Positions 10,235 through 23,428 of a stretch of DNA of 64,000 nt are shown here, in pieces. Position numbers and translations under genes: made by a program. This stretch comes from Amoebophrya sp. A120 (taxonomy: Eukaryota; Protista; Dinoflagellata): the NCBI GenBank assembly GCA_905178155.1, contig CAJINV010000003.1:62001-126000 (forward strand), read 5' to 3'. The notes under the pieces were generated by a model. That model was not told the DNA's origin. It did not search any database and saw only the letters and a program-made list of their open reading frames with translations. The first letter of the stretch is position 1; every line of letters begins with the position of its first letter.

Positions 10235-13200
10235 ATGGCAGCCCGCGAGCAGCAGCAGCAGCCGGGGGGCACCCCGGCCCCGAACGACGAGGTCCTCCCA
10301 AGCGGTTGGGCGCGGGCGTTGAGCGCGGACGGGAAGCCGTACTACTACAACCGCGTGACCATGCAGACGCAGTGGGTGAAGCCGGTGATTGTGTGGAAGG
10401 AGTACACCGTGACGGAGGGCGCGAGCGCAGGGAAGAAATACTACTACAACACGGAAACCAAGAAAACGCAGTGGGAGTGCCCGTTGGATCTATTACCGAG
10501 TACCACTGCAGCAGCAGCAGCGGCGGCGGGTTCCAGCAGCGGTACCACTACTGCTGGGGCGTCGACGTCCGGTATGCCAGGGGCGGCCAAGGTGGAGCAC
10601 ACGTCGATTACGGAGAGCCGCGGACAACAGCAGCAGGCAAACGCCGACAAGTTCCTATCCGCGGAGGAGTTGCGGACGAAGTACCCGACGCCGGAGGACC
10701 GGCGCGCCCAGTTTGTCACTTGCGTGGAGCAATACCTGGACCAGGTGTACAAGGACACCGGAAAATTCAACAAACTCCGGTGGGAGGACGTCGCGAAAAA
10801 GCTGGATGCCAACGACAACCGGTTCCAGCTGATCGAGTCCGGTGGGGACCGGAAGCAAATATTCCACGAGGTGTTGCAGAGAAAAGAGGTGTCCAAGCGC
10901 GACGAGATCCGGAAGGCCAAGCACCACGCGCGCCACGACCTCTTGGAGGTGCTGCGGTCGCGGTGGCCGGGGAAGAAACGGGGCGCGCGGTTCCGCGACG
11001 CCTACGAATTCTGCAGCCAGTTCGACTGTTGGAAGACGCTGCTGGTACAACTTAAATACTTACGCTTTTTTGTCGGATAATTCATATATGCATTTTTGGA
11101 ACACAAAAAAGGTCCTTGTTGACTTTTAGAATCACAAGCACAACGAAGCTGTAAACTGTTCTGAGCTTGATTCACTATCACTGACTTCACTTCACGTTGT
11201 TGCCAAAAAAGGAAAAACTTCCTGCTCTCGAAACCCCTCTCAGGACGACAACGAGCGCGACGAGGTTTTCCAGGAGTTCCAGGACGCGTATGATAAGGAG
11301 GACCGCGAGGAGCGGAAGAAGCAGAAGATGGAGAAGATCGGCGAGTTCGCCCACATGCTGGCGGAGAACCCCGACATTCTGCGGTCGAAGATCACGTATC
11401 AAATGCAAAAATGTCCGGGTCTGGAAGATTGCGAGATTTGTCATGCTTGTCTGGCATGACTGAAAAGTCTGTGATGCGTGTCCAAGAAGAGACCCTTTTT
11501 CTTGTCATGCAAAAACGCAGCTTGTCATGCAGAAAGCGCAACACTGTAGCCCCGAAAATATTTCTCATGCTTGCCTGTGCATTACAGAGCGCTCACTATT
11601 CCCAACGCAGCATTACAAGTTTCCTTACCCAGACATATTTGCAGTTGATATCACGTGGAGGGAAGTGGAGAAGATGTACGAGAAGGACCCGGTGTTCCAG
11701 TGGCTCCACCGGGCGGATGCGTTAGCCGCGTTCGAAAAGTACCTGAAGGAGGTCAGCGCGAAAATGCTCGCGGACGCGAAACGCATGAAGTTCCGGCGGG
11801 AGCGCGACGCGCGGGTGCGGTTCCGAAAGTGGCTCCGAGACCGGACCTGCGAGAGCACGGAAGACTTTAAGCAAATGGAGCAACATCTGGACAAGGAGGA
11901 CAAGGCGCGGGAGGAGTCGCGCAATAAAAGCCGGAAGGGCCGCGACCGCTCCAGCTCGCGCACGAGAAATAATAACCGCGATGACGGGGGTGGGGAAAAG
12001 GAATACCTCCGCGCGCCAACGCCGGACACTCGGTTGATTTGCGTGGACACCACGTGGGCTGAACTCATAAACTGGTATAGAATTTTATGAAATAATTTTT
12101 TTTTGTTCAATCTTCTGACTGGCCACCTGTATCTTGTGTATCTCCGAGTGTAGTTTCTGTGAATGCCTGTGTAGAAGGGTTCCTGCTTGTGCCCACCGCA
12201 GTACCGTTCCCGCTTCGTGAAGATGAAAAATAGCAGGCTGTGATGTACTTGATGGCTAGCCCTGGCATCATACTCTCCACGACAGGTACAACCTCACTGA
12301 GTTGCAGGAATACAAGGACATTCTGGGCGCCACTGGCAGCGGGCCGACTGCGATTTACAACGTCCACGTCGATGGTACGGACTGGTTTTTTGTCGTTCTC
12401 TTCGTAGTTTTTCACAAGTTGGGTACTACATCACAAGTTGGTCTCAACATTGTTCTGCTTGTTGCGACGTATATGCGTACGTATCCTATAGCTGTAGTTG
12501 ACATTGGATGGACTGAGTTCGCGAAGACCGTGCTTTGGCAAAATTCAACATGAGGAAGCTGCAACAATCAAGAAGTAGATGAAAGCGTTTTCAAAATAAT
12601 CCACCACGACCTCCACACACAGATCTGCTGGACAGTTTGAACGAAGACCGGCAGAAACTCCAGGAGATGATGGACCAGGAAAAGGAGAAATCGCGTGGCT
12701 TCGTGCTAACAAAAGATACCACGCTGGAGGAGTTTCGTGATTTTATCCGAAGGCGCCGGAAGATGAACTCGGTGCATATCCGTATCTTGTACAACGAGTG
12801 CGTCAAGGCGGTCGAAGAAGAAAAGATCAGAAACGACAAGGCCGAAAAGAAAAGCCGACAAAAACTGGTACTATACGAACTTTTTTGCTTTTATTTGTTT
12901 CAGACGGAACCGGAAGTGAGAACTTGAACTAGAGACACCTCGTCCTGGCAGCACTCTAATATTGTGTTCACCTGGTGGAACAAGTTCTTCAAGTGGAAGA
13001 AACTTTTTGTCCAGATCACCCGGGCCACTTAGAAAATGGGAAAAGAATAAAAATCTTGCAGAAGCGCAATCCCTCCGCAGGCTTCAAAACTGCCACCCAG
13101 GTGGGGGCGGTGAAAATGTGCAGATCGCCCGGGCCACTTGAAAACCAGAAAAAAGTGAAAAATTGCGCAAAACCGCAGTCCCTCCCCAGGCTCCAAAACT

Positions 13201-15083
13201 GCCAGTCAGCTGCGGGCGGTGAAAATGTCCAGAGCCCTTCGGCCACCTAGAAACTTGAAAAAAAAGGGGAAATGACCGAAAATCGAGAACCCTCGGCAGG
13301 CTTGCAAACTGGCCGCCAAGGGCGGTCCGGCGGGCGCGCGCTTGCGCCATACCATCACGATTGGGAAAAAAAAGTCGGACTAGAAGCGGGCGGAGGCATG
13401 TCCCAAAATCCGCATTTGGTCTGGGTTGTGGGCACAAATTCGGCACCTCCGCCGCGTCTGAAGTGCCCGACTTTGGTTGCCCGGAAGGGTTTCCGGATTT
13501 TCGGCTTTCCACATACCTTCCGGCCCAGGTGGCCAGTTTGTCATGCAGGGGGCTAGAAAGGATTCCCCGCTGCGAAATAGCAGACCGGATTTCGCCTTCA
13601 ATGCTTATCGCAGGAGCCTGCGGGCCGCCGCGGGCGACAGTAGTTGTCCGCGGCCCTTTGCGATAAGCTTTGAATGCGAATCCGGAGGCCCCCGATGACC
13701 CGCGATAGATGGCGAGACTTACTTTCAACCTATGCGCACTAAAACTAGCGGCGTCGACTGACATCCCACCCGGCCGCGGCCATGTTCTGGAAGCGACACA
13801 TGTGGACCCTAGTCTACGTGTTGACTCTAATTAAAGAAGGCTCAAGAAGAAGAAGTGGGATTCTAATTAAAAGAAATGGTGGTGGCAGCCGCGCGGCGAA
13901 AGCGCGGCCCGCGGTTTGGCTTTCGCGCTGGTTAGATTTTCGCGCACGCATTTGGTTACCAATATCGCCCTCCGGGCGCGATCTTCATATTGTGTTCACC
14001 TGGTGGAACAAGTTCTTCAAGTGGAAGAAACAAGAGCTCAAGCGGGAAAAAGAATTTAACAACCACTCGACAAAAATATAAAATAAACCGCAAAAGGTGC
14101 AATTCCTCGCTGAGAACAAGAACGTGGGGCCGGAACTGGCTTACAAGGACGCCGACAAGATGTTCAAGAACGAGAAGCTGTGGAACGCCGTGGCTCCGAC
14201 GGCCCGCCAAGCCATGTTTTACACCTTCATCGAGCAAATTTCGAAAATGAACGACGAAGACGAGGCGTACAAGAGCGGCAGTGCACACAGCGGCGACAGC
14301 GACTTTTCGCCCGACGATAAAAAAACTACTCGTCGTCGAGATATCAAAGACCGGGGCGACAACAATAGGCGCGGTGACCACCGTCCTGCTCGCGGGAACA
14401 ACAACAAGAAGCAGCCGGCACGCGGTCGCCGTAACGACAGCCGCGACGATAGTTCATCAGATAGGGATAACAATCCTCGCGGAAGAAGGGCTTCACGAAA
14501 GAAGAACAACGCAGGAACTACTACTACCGGCGGCAAAAATCGGCGCAACGAGCGCCGGGGGCGTGGAAGAAGTGAGGAGGAGGAGGAGAGTGGCGACAGC
14601 TATGAACTCTCCGCCGAAGAGGACTCCGACGAGGAGCCAGAAGATCATAAGCGCAGTAAGGCGGGACGCAAATCCACTGGTGCGAAGCGAAAGCGAGCTG
14701 AGAGCACTGGGGATGATGAGGACGGTGCTGACGAGGCGGCGCCAACCCCGAAACGCCCCAAGAAGAAGGACAAATTACAGAAAGACGACAATAAACAAGC
14801 GGGAGGTGATAGGAGTACTGCTGCGGCTAAAGCAACGACGTCCAAAGACGACAAAGACGGTGGGGACAAAGGAAGGAGGAAGAGCGCCGATGGGGAGAAA
14901 GCTAAGGCCGTTTCAACCCGCGACGAAAAGAGGCCGAAGAAAAAAGCCGACAAAAATATGGTCGACAGCGGTGAGGAAAGCGAAGAGCAAGAAAAGCGGC
15001 AGAAAAAGAAGAAAGACGAAGACGACGATGACCGTGCGGAGAAAAAGGAGAAGAAGAAAAAGAAGGACAAGAGAAAGGAGTGA
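10235..15083 (+). CDS. PRP40: PRP40-like WW/FF-domain splicing factor; exons 10235-11044, 11244-11396, 11656-12074, 12286-12374, 12623-12867, 14097-15083
   Basis: Two N-terminal WW domains (LPSGW...YYYN...TQWVKP; WKEY...YYYN...TQWECP), several FF-like repeats, GATGSGPTAIY segment and a Lys/Arg/Asp-rich tail. Intron phases are compatible. Confidence 0.85.
11397..11650. mobile_element. introner family A (254 bp)
   Basis: TIR TATCAAATGCAAAAATGTCCGGGTCTGGAA; DR TCACG; removal gives KITWREVEK. Confidence 0.92.
13004..13986. mobile_element. 983-bp GC-rich insertion flanked by 45-bp direct repeats, inside a GT-AG intron
   Basis: ATATTGTGTTCACC...GGAAGAAAC is identical at 12959-13003 and 13987-14031; three degenerate ~110-bp internal repeats (CAGATCxCCCGGGCCAC) near 13011, 13121, 13230. 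Confidence 0.7.
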
Positions 15084-16043
15084 CGTTCTTGTTTAAAACT
15101 GGTCAGTCGCTGACGCTGGCGATGCTGCTACAGCGGAAGTCTTAAGAACCCATCACTTTAAGTAGTGGATTGTCCCCCAACTCAAGAAACTCAAATGTTT
15201 TTACACTTAAAGAAAAGTAGAAATGGAAATCCAAAAAAGAAATCCAAAGACTACACTCAGCGACTTCGTTTAATATTTTCACCAAGGCCAAGGCGGAGCA
15301 CAGAGGCATGTGGTTCAAATGCGGTTCTACAGCAGAGATGTGTGCTCGGTCGTTCGCATATTGAGTTGCACGTCTACAACTTGGCGTCTGTATTGCAGCG
15401 CGGAAAGTCGCGACGCAGCATAAATTTCTGAACCGGTAGTACGAAGCGACAGAACAACTTTGGCTTTCGGAGCCGAGGCGATTAAACACACAAAACATGT
15501 GCAGCACTCCCTCGTTGCGACTGTCACTTTTTGACACTGTGTTCCACTCCGCTGAAAATGAGATCCGCAGTCGTGCTGTAGTTGCATACACTACTCTGTT
15601 TCATCCTGTATTCTTCGTCTTCTTTTTTCTCTTCGTTTTCCTGTCGTCTGGAAAAGGTCGTAAATCGCGATTTTTAATCGCAATTGTCGTCGTAGTGCTC
15701 GTCGCTCTCGTGTTCGTTTTATGGAAATCGATGAAATTTCGTGTGTCTTTTTCTGCTAAGTAGAGAGGAAGAGATTGTTGTCGTTCGTGAAGATTATGTC
15801 GAAGCTCACAATCGACCGATCATGCCAGCCCCTGTGTGTTTTGTGCAGACAGTGCGAAAAAAAAGATTGACATAGATTTCGGCTCTAAAAGTAATAGGAG
15901 CTTGAGGTTTTTTCCGCAAACTGCACAAGTTAGTACAACTACAAACATTTTTGTTCTTGTTTCGCTACTTTTCCTTCGTACTATATTCGTTTCTTCTACT
16001 ACCATCGATCAGGGACGGGTCTAGGTCTTCATCAAGAACCACT

Positions 16044-16559
16044 ATGGCACATCCTGTTCCGGAGAAGATAACAGACGAGGGGTGGCAGGTTATGTTCCAC
16101 GCCACGACCTCCTCCCGCGCGTCTTCGATTTTAGCGGAAAACCGCTTTCGCCCCGGCACGGGCGGGTTTTTGGGGGGTAACATGTACTTTTCGAAAGCGG
16201 TCCACGAAGCTAAAAAGCGGCAGCGGCGTCCTCCGGGCGATAAGACCTGCGTGGTGCTGCAGGCAAGCGTTTTCCTTGGGAGATGCGGGCATTTCCGTAA
16301 AGGGTCCGGCACGGTAGGAATTACCGGAGAGATTTTGCATGCGAACAAACTGAACTCTGCGAAGGTGGCGGACGCGGACCAGGACTCGTACTGCCTGTGT
16401 GCCACGAAGAACTACAAAAAGAACCCCACGAAACGGATTAAAAATATCGCGCGCTATGATGTACCGGCGGCTTCTCCGCAAAAGAGAGGAAAGCAGGAGG
16501 ACACGACCTCAGAGACCGAGGTCGCGCAGCCGCCCACGAAGAAACGCCGTATGAGATGA
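16044..16559 (+). CDS. Gig2-like / PARP-type ADP-ribosyltransferase-fold protein (171 aa)
   Basis: MFHATT...I...RFRPGTGGFLGGNMYFS...VVLQASVFLG resembles the HGT / GxLGxGxYxS / VxxG pattern of PARP-like Gig2 proteins; basic NLS-like C-terminus (PPTKKRRMR). Confidence 0.65.
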   Translation: MAHPVPEKITDEGWQVMFHATTSSRASSILAENRFRPGTGGFLGGNMYFSKAVHEAKKRQRRPPGDKTCVVLQASVFLGRCGHFRKGSGTVGITGEILHANKLNSAKVADADQDSYCLCATKNYKKNPTKRIKNIARYDVPAASPQKRGKQEDTTSETEVAQPPTKKRRMR

Positions 16560-17579
16560 GAGTGAATAAAGGTTTTGCCTGCGGATGTGTGTTTCTTTTT
16601 GTTCATGTACTTACTGTTTCCAAATCCTTATTCCAATCTTATTTCGTCGACGGAACGCAAATAAATTGAAATTTTGAAACGAACTACAGAAAATTTTGCA
16701 AGGAACTACAGAACTCCCATCTCATTTACAATCCATCAAATCTGGTGGTGTGAACTACGTGTCCGAATAATCAAGAGAAAAACTTTCGGTGTACTATCTG
16801 GTATGCTTTTGAATTGTGGAGAGAGTCTCGACAGCACGAGGGCGGCAACTGTTATTGTGGCATCTGCCTCTGTGCTGATGCATTACGGTATTTCAATTTT
16901 TTCTCGGGCGCGTGATAGTACGCAATCTTGTTCTTGACTTTATCTACCGACAATTACGCTACGTGTGTGATGAACGCGAACTCATATTTCCATTTCTGTC
17001 GATTTCTTGTAGCAGGACTCATATCTTAATCTTGCATGATCTCTCCATGTATAGGAAGTTCTTCACCAGTTGTGTATCGAGTTGTTGCAACAGGTCCATT
17101 TTTTCCCTAACCCCATGATCCATCCCTCATTCCCCTCCAATTCTTATTTCACCAGCACCGGATCTTCCAGGTCTTTGAAATCGTTACCCGCGTAGTTCCT
17201 GTACAAGCAGCGTAGTAACCAACTACATGAAGCAATGTTCTGTAGTCATAGTCGCTCTACTACCAACTTGCCCCCGAGGAGGACGAGGGCTGCAATTCGT
17301 GCAACAGCAAACAATAAAAGCGTCACCTGCATAAATTTTCACGCCTCATGATTTTCAACTTAGCGCTGGTTTCGAGCCCTGTCGAGGGCCGCTGTAGTAA
17401 CGTCTTCTAGCAAGTAGTCCTTGTCGCAAAGAGAGGAAGTGTCTGTTTTTAGGTAACGTATTCTAGTACGCCTTCTTCGACGTAGTGAACAACTCCGTTA
17501 AAACTTGTAAAGGGAGGTGGACTATAATAGTTTTTGTTTTGTGCCGTCCACTACAACTGCTGCGCGGAGAGCAAAAATC

Positions 17580-20500
17580 ATGATCACCTTGCAGTACGGA
17601 TTTGGGTTGGGATGTATTCTGATCATCTCTCTTTTGTGGAATGCGATGGGGATCCTGGAGCAGTGGTTATTCACGGCCGGCCGGTTTCCCCATCCGGTAT
17701 TGGTGATGGTGTATCAAATGTAAAAATGTCGGGGTCTGGAAGATTGCCAGGTTTGTCATGCACGTTTTGCATGACTCCTGATGTCTGTGATGCATGCCCT
17801 AGCATCACAGATTTTGCGAGGGCTACCTGATGCCTATACCGCATGACAAACGCTCTTTCCGTGTAGCAAAACTTGGACTTTCTTTGCTGCTCATGCAATA
17901 CAGATTTTTTTACAATCCAAAATCAGCATGACAAGTTGGATTCTTCCAGACCCAGACATTTTTACATTTGATATGGTGCTTCTGAATGCCTATTACCTTT
18001 TGTACGCCCTGTACTTCTTCATTTTCCCCGCCGAGTTGCAGAAGGTGCTCCGCGGCAAACTCTGGTATCTGCGGTTTCGCATTCGCGTGGAGGCGGAGCA
18101 GAGTGAAGGGGGTCCGGTGCAAGATGAACTACAGCACGGTTATCTTTCTACCAATGGAACGAGGGTAGGTCCTCAACATCCCGACCTAACTCCCCCGAGC
18201 TCTACTTTCCTGGAGGATGTCAAAGAGGAGGAAGTGGGTGGAAACTATTTCGACGGCAGCGGGCCCACCCACCTTCTAGCGAACAAGCCACTAGCTGCGC
18301 CGGGAAATAACTTTTCACCGCAGAACGCGAACCGACCGGCGGCCAGGACGGCCGGTGCGGTGGAAGATTTCTGGAGACCCGCTGCCTTGTCCGACGAGGA
18401 GCGTGCGTTCGAAGCTCTGGAGGAGCCCCCGCAACGCGTGGTTTACAGCCAAAACGACCATGGTAATGCTGAGGAATTATCCTCCGAGTCCGACGACGAA
18501 GACGAGGTCGTCTTGTCCAGCGACGAGGACGAAATTCTGTCGGAGGTTCAGGTGGTGGAGGACCTGGACTTTTCCCCCGCTGGCATCGTGGACGCGGTGG
18601 AAAAGCGGCGGGCGTCGCTGGACGCCCTCGCGCCGCGGTCGCCCACGGTGTCCAAAGGCGCGGCGATCTACCGCGAGCGCAGCTTCGACCTGGGGGGCAA
18701 CGAGATTTTGACGGGCGGTAAAAATCTTCAAGCGGGGGAGACACACAGGGCCTCCCGGCGGTCGTCAAAGCCGCGCACTAATCAGACGGGGGTGCCGAAA
18801 CTCGACCGGTTGGAGGTGGACGGCCTCCAGCGGGCCCGCACCACCAACCAAGACGCGGCGTACCTGAAACGGGAGCGCCGCAAGGGTGGCGTGGTTGGGA
18901 CCTACTCAAATGCTGGGCTGTTGGGTTCTTTCCGGAGCAACGCGGAATATCTCCGGGGGATCAAGCCGAAAATGACGCAGAGGCACGCGGAGATGCTGGT
19001 GCGCACGCTGGCCCAGAATCTGGACAACTACCCGCTCTCGAGCAAGACCACGCAGATGCTGCACAACGTTTTGTCGGCTGCCGGGATGACCAGTACTAGC
19101 ACAGGCGCTGGTACAGCAACCGGTGGTGGTGCAGCAACAGCAGCGAGGACCGCGAAGGCGCTCCGCTGGCAAGAGCAAAATCAAAATGCTAGCACAACTA
19201 CCCCGCTGCACCAGCGGAACAAACCGTTTTTCAGCGACAAGCCTTTCACGCTGGGCAGCGCGTTAAAGAACATCAACCCGGATGAAAATAACGTGAATAA
19301 AAACAGCAGCACATACCAGCCCCCGACGTTGCCAGACGGAGGGGAGCCGGGGGTACTAAAAGACAGCAATTCTCTGTTGAACAAGAACCACATGAGCGCC
19401 GCGAGCTTAGCGTCGACGACCACCGGTGGCTATCAACTGTAAAAATGTCTGGGTCTGGAAGAATGCAAGTTTGTCATGCTAAATCTGAAGCATGCAAGAA
19501 TCTGTGTTGCATGATTACCAAAAGTCGTCCAGTTTTGACCAAGTCGGGAGGGAGTTTCTTATGCAGGATAGGCATGAGAGAGATCGCACAGAATCTGTCA
19601 TGCTAGGTCCTGCATTCCAGGCTTCATGGGTCATGGAAAAGCTGCATGACAAATCGCGCATTCTTCCAGACCCAGACATTTTTGCATTTGATAGTGGCGG
19701 GACTGCGACGATGGATTCCACCGTGCAGTTGACCAGTTTAACTCTGTCCCCTCCAACTTTGGCCGCGCGGCCTGCATCACCCCCGGGCGGAGCGACGGGT
19801 AGAGGTGTACCAGAGCACCCGATTGGTATACAGGACAACATGACAGAGACGGATAGACATCAACTACCGGAAGATGATAGTCGCACCATTTTTGGCTTAC
19901 ACACGACAAAAAACCCCAACTCGCCGCAGCCCAAACAGCCGACCCGACCGGCACTACAACTACCGCAGCAGAACGTGCCGCTACTCGAGGAACCGCTGCT
20001 GCAGCCGAGCAAGTCCCGTTCGGCGGAGATTAACAATGAGATGAACATCAATACCTTGCGATCGAACTCCAACACTTTCCAGCTGGCCTTTGATCCGATC
20101 TCGATGAGCATGCGGCGGCCGCCGGGCGTGAGCGCGCGCATCCGCGACCCGACTTGGGACCTGAGTCTGGACGAGAGCGTACCGTGAGGAAAAATCCCCC
20201 CTCCCCATATTCAAAACGTATGTTCCTAAAACTTTGCGATGCTGATTTGTGGCCACAAATCCTGTCTCTCTTGCAAGAAGGCAAATCCAAAGAATTCGCC
20301 GCCTTATGGAGGCAATTTGTAATGCTGTTTCACGTACATGGCAGGCCTCTGTCATGCTAAGTGCCTACAACAAAACACCCCCCGCAGGCTGAGGCTTTGC
20401 CTGTAGTGCCTCACTGCAAGACAGGGCTGATTTGTGTGCACAAATCCAGCAACAGAAGTTTCCGTTTCAATATGGGGAGGGGGGATGTTTCACTTTGATA

Positions 20501-23211
20501 GAGCGACCCGAGCGGAAGCACGTACTCCCTCCGCATCCCTGTGCAGCTGGAACCCGAAACGCTCGCGCTGCTGCAGCAGGAGCTGAAGCAGCGGGGCAAT
20601 TCGGTGTTCGACCCGCGGAACAGCCTGTCCGTTGGCATAGGCGGCAGCGTAGAGGAGGACGAGGATTCGCAGGGCAACTGGAGCAAGCGGATCCCGGAGT
20701 TGGACACGCTCGTGACCGTGTCCCCCGGCGAGATGATCGAGCTGGTGGAGGTGACGCCCGGCACCAAGTTTCCGCTGTGGGAGACGCTGCTGCGGCCGCT
20801 GGGTATCGGCCTTTTGTTCATGGGCGCCACCTTTCTGGACATGCTGGCCATGCAGTTCACCACGCTCAGTTCCGCGACCCTGGTGGGCCGCGTTAATTCG
20901 GTCACCATCTACATCGCATCCATCTTCTTCCTCGGGGAACCCTCGGTACCCGCAAAGTGGCTGGGCGTCGCGCTCTGCCTCTCTGGATGCGTCCTCGTCC
21001 TACATTTAGACGCGGTGAGTGCAGCGGAAAGTGGTGGTAGTGGAGGGGAGAGTAGAGCAACATCTTCTTCATCTACTTCCGATGGAACTACAGGATCGTC
21101 CTCAACACCTGGAACATCGGCTTCGAATCCAGCGTCATCTTCAAACGCGGTCCTGCAGAAGGAGTACCCCTACGCGCTTTACGGCGATCTGGCCGCCCTG
21201 TTCGCCGTGATTTTCTACACGGCCTACGCGATCACGCTGAAGAGGTTCGTGAAAACGACCGCGGACACGATGTGGACTCTTACTCTCACCTATCCTGAGT
21301 GAAAACGTCCCCGCCCCAGAGTTGTCATGCAGATTGGCAATGACAGGAACATTTGTGATGCGCTTTCCCATGATAGGCATTTCCAATCGTGTTTTGGAAT
21401 TTGTCATCCTGCAAACAGGATAACAGATGGATTTGTAATGCGGCTGTCCTCGCCAACCTGCACTCCACTACGGACTGCAACTTGTCATGCCTGACTGCCA
21501 AAGCTTCTGGATTTGTGTTGCGAGATCCCGATCTTGACTTTGGGGTGCGGACGTTTTTACACAGGATGTCACTGGGTGCTTCTTCACGTTCCTCGGGATT
21601 CCGGGGTACTACTTTTTCGCGCCGGAGTTCATCACCGGCGCCTACGCGTCCGCGTTGATCGAGGCCTTCACCATCCCCTACCTAGTCGCGAGCTTCATGT
21701 TCCTCGGCGTGATCGGGGGGGCGGGCAGCAACTACCTCTGGGTGCGCAGCTGCCAGATCGTGGGTCCGACGATGTTATGCAATGCAAAAATGTCTGGGTC
21801 TGGAAACATGTAAACTTCTGATGCGTATTTGAGACCAGAAAAAAATCTGTCATGCATGGACCGCAAAAGTTGCATGCTCATTTCTTGCCACCAAAAGAGG
21901 GAACTTGTCATTTGGATTAGGCATCGCCTAACCTGCTCAAAACCTGTGTTGCTAGGACTGGCATGCTAGACCTTCTGTGTCATGCACAAACAGCATCACA
22001 AGTTTCCAGACCCAGACATTTTTACAATCCATACATGCTGGCGGTCGGGTTAAACATCTCCATCCCCATCTCCATGCTGTGGGACCGGTTCGGCCGCGGC
22101 TTTGTGGAAGCAACCAGTCCGCTGAAGCTGTTTGCCGCTTCGTTAGTCGTGGTGGGCTTTTTACTCGTGATTTACATCGACACGTTAATCAACGAAGAGG
22201 AAGGAAAACAAGAAGATCAAGAAGACGAGCGCGCGATGGACGAAGCTGACCTTCGAGCCGATATTAACGCTGCATCAGAACAACAGCCAGGGCCGCGCTT
22301 GCCCGGCACCATTCCGAGCAGAAACAGTACGTTTGAGCAACTGCGCAGCCGGACGTCGATCGGCGTTCAGGACGACGCGGTGGCGCTGGTGTTGCCTTCC
22401 TTCCTATCGCAAGGAAAAATCCCCCCTCCCCATATTGAAGAGGTAGGTTTTCGAAAATTTGTGTTGCTGATTTGAGGTCACAAATCATGTTTGTGCTGCA
22501 AGAAGACAAGGGCAGCAGCTTCCGTCCCATTATGGAGCCGGTTTGTCATGCTGTTGAGCCAACATCACGGACGCTTTTCATGCTAAGCGCCTAAGTCAAA
22601 GCCTCTCTACTCAGGCTTGATATGGGTCTGCAGTCCTCTCCAGCAAGACAAATGCGATTTGTGTACTCAAATACTGCATCACAAATTTCGTTTTCGATAT
22701 GGGGAGGGGGGATTTTTCTTTTTGATACTTCCCTGCAAACCCGCTGCTGAGTCCGCGCGCAGGTCGGGATGGTACTACGGATCATCATGTGCAAGGAGGG
22801 AAAAGAACTGAAGGAGAGATGGAAAATGGCGACAAAATGATGCATATCAAATGTAGAAATGTCTGGGTCTGGAAGCTTGCCAGGTTTGTCATGCATATTT
22901 TGAAGGACTCATGATGTCTGTGATGCATGCTCTAGCATGACAGATTTTTAGAGGCCTTTGTGATGCCTCTACCGCATGAGAAATGCCCTCTCCGGGTAGC
23001 ACAAACGGGAGTTCTGTTGCTGGTCATGCAATGCAAATTTTTCTAGAATCCAGAGACAGCATCACAAGTTCCAACCTTCCAGACCCAGACATTTTTCCAT
23101 GTGATAATGCAACAGGAGTCGTGCCTCGGTTTTTTCGCGGGCGCGTTGCTGCCCCTCGACTGGAATCGTCGCGATCTCGTCCGATGGCTGCTGACGCCCT
23201 ACTACCTATGA
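17580..23211 (+). CDS. SLC35F5/THI74-like DMT (EamA) transporter; exons 17580-17711, 17979-19430, 19699-20179, 20506-21290, 21574-21775, 22039-22404, 22733-22844, 23112-23211
   Basis: N-terminal GLGCILIISLLW...FPHP, TTLSSAT, GDLAALFAVIFYTAY, SNYLW...VGPTMLAVGLNISIP are typical of SLC35F5. The frame is continuous only if seven introners are removed. The last exon is less certain. Confidence 0.82.
17712..17973. mobile_element. introner family A (262 bp)
   Basis: TIR TATCAAATGTAAAAATGTC.GGGTCTGGAAG; DR TGGTG; frame restored (VMVLLNA). Confidence 0.92.
19431..19693. mobile_element. introner family A (263 bp)
   Basis: TIR as family A; DR GTGGC; frame restored (TGGGTATM). Confidence 0.92.
20180..20500. 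mobile_element. introner family B (321 bp)
   Basis: TIR core GAAAAATCCCCCCTCCCCATAT; DR GAGCG; frame restored (DESDPSGS). Confidence 0.9.
21291..21568. mobile_element. introner family C (278 bp)
   Basis: TIR TATCCTGAGTGAAAACGTCCCCGCCCCA; DR TCACC/TCACT; frame restored (LTLTGCFF). Confidence 0.88.
21776..22033. mobile_element. introner family A (258 bp)
   Basis: TIR AAAAATGTCTGGGTCTGGAAA; DR GATGT/CATGC; frame restored (GPTMLAVG). Confidence 0.88.
22405..22727. mobile_element. introner family B (323 bp)
   Basis: Family B TIR; DR CTTCC; frame restored. Confidence 0.9.
22845..23106. mobile_element. introner family A (262 bp)
   Basis: Family A TIR; DR ATGCA. Confidence 0.9.
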
Positions 23212-23428
23212 ACTGCAAAAGTATCGCACTAGTAGAAATTGCATTACAAATCGACTGTGCATTACAAATTGAATTCGTAATGCGGATTTACCTTAGCAAA
23301 AAGCATAAACGCAATTAGTACGAGTACGATACTTTTGCACAGGATACTACCCCCCGTTGCCTAGTTTCCTCTCCGGGTCGACCGCCTCGTTTGACGCGCT
23401 CGCGGCCGAGACACGTAAAGCAAACACG

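Noticed and set aside
13084-13764. 226-aa minus-strand ORF in the PRP40 intron insertion
   Set aside because: No domain signature; explained by GC content.
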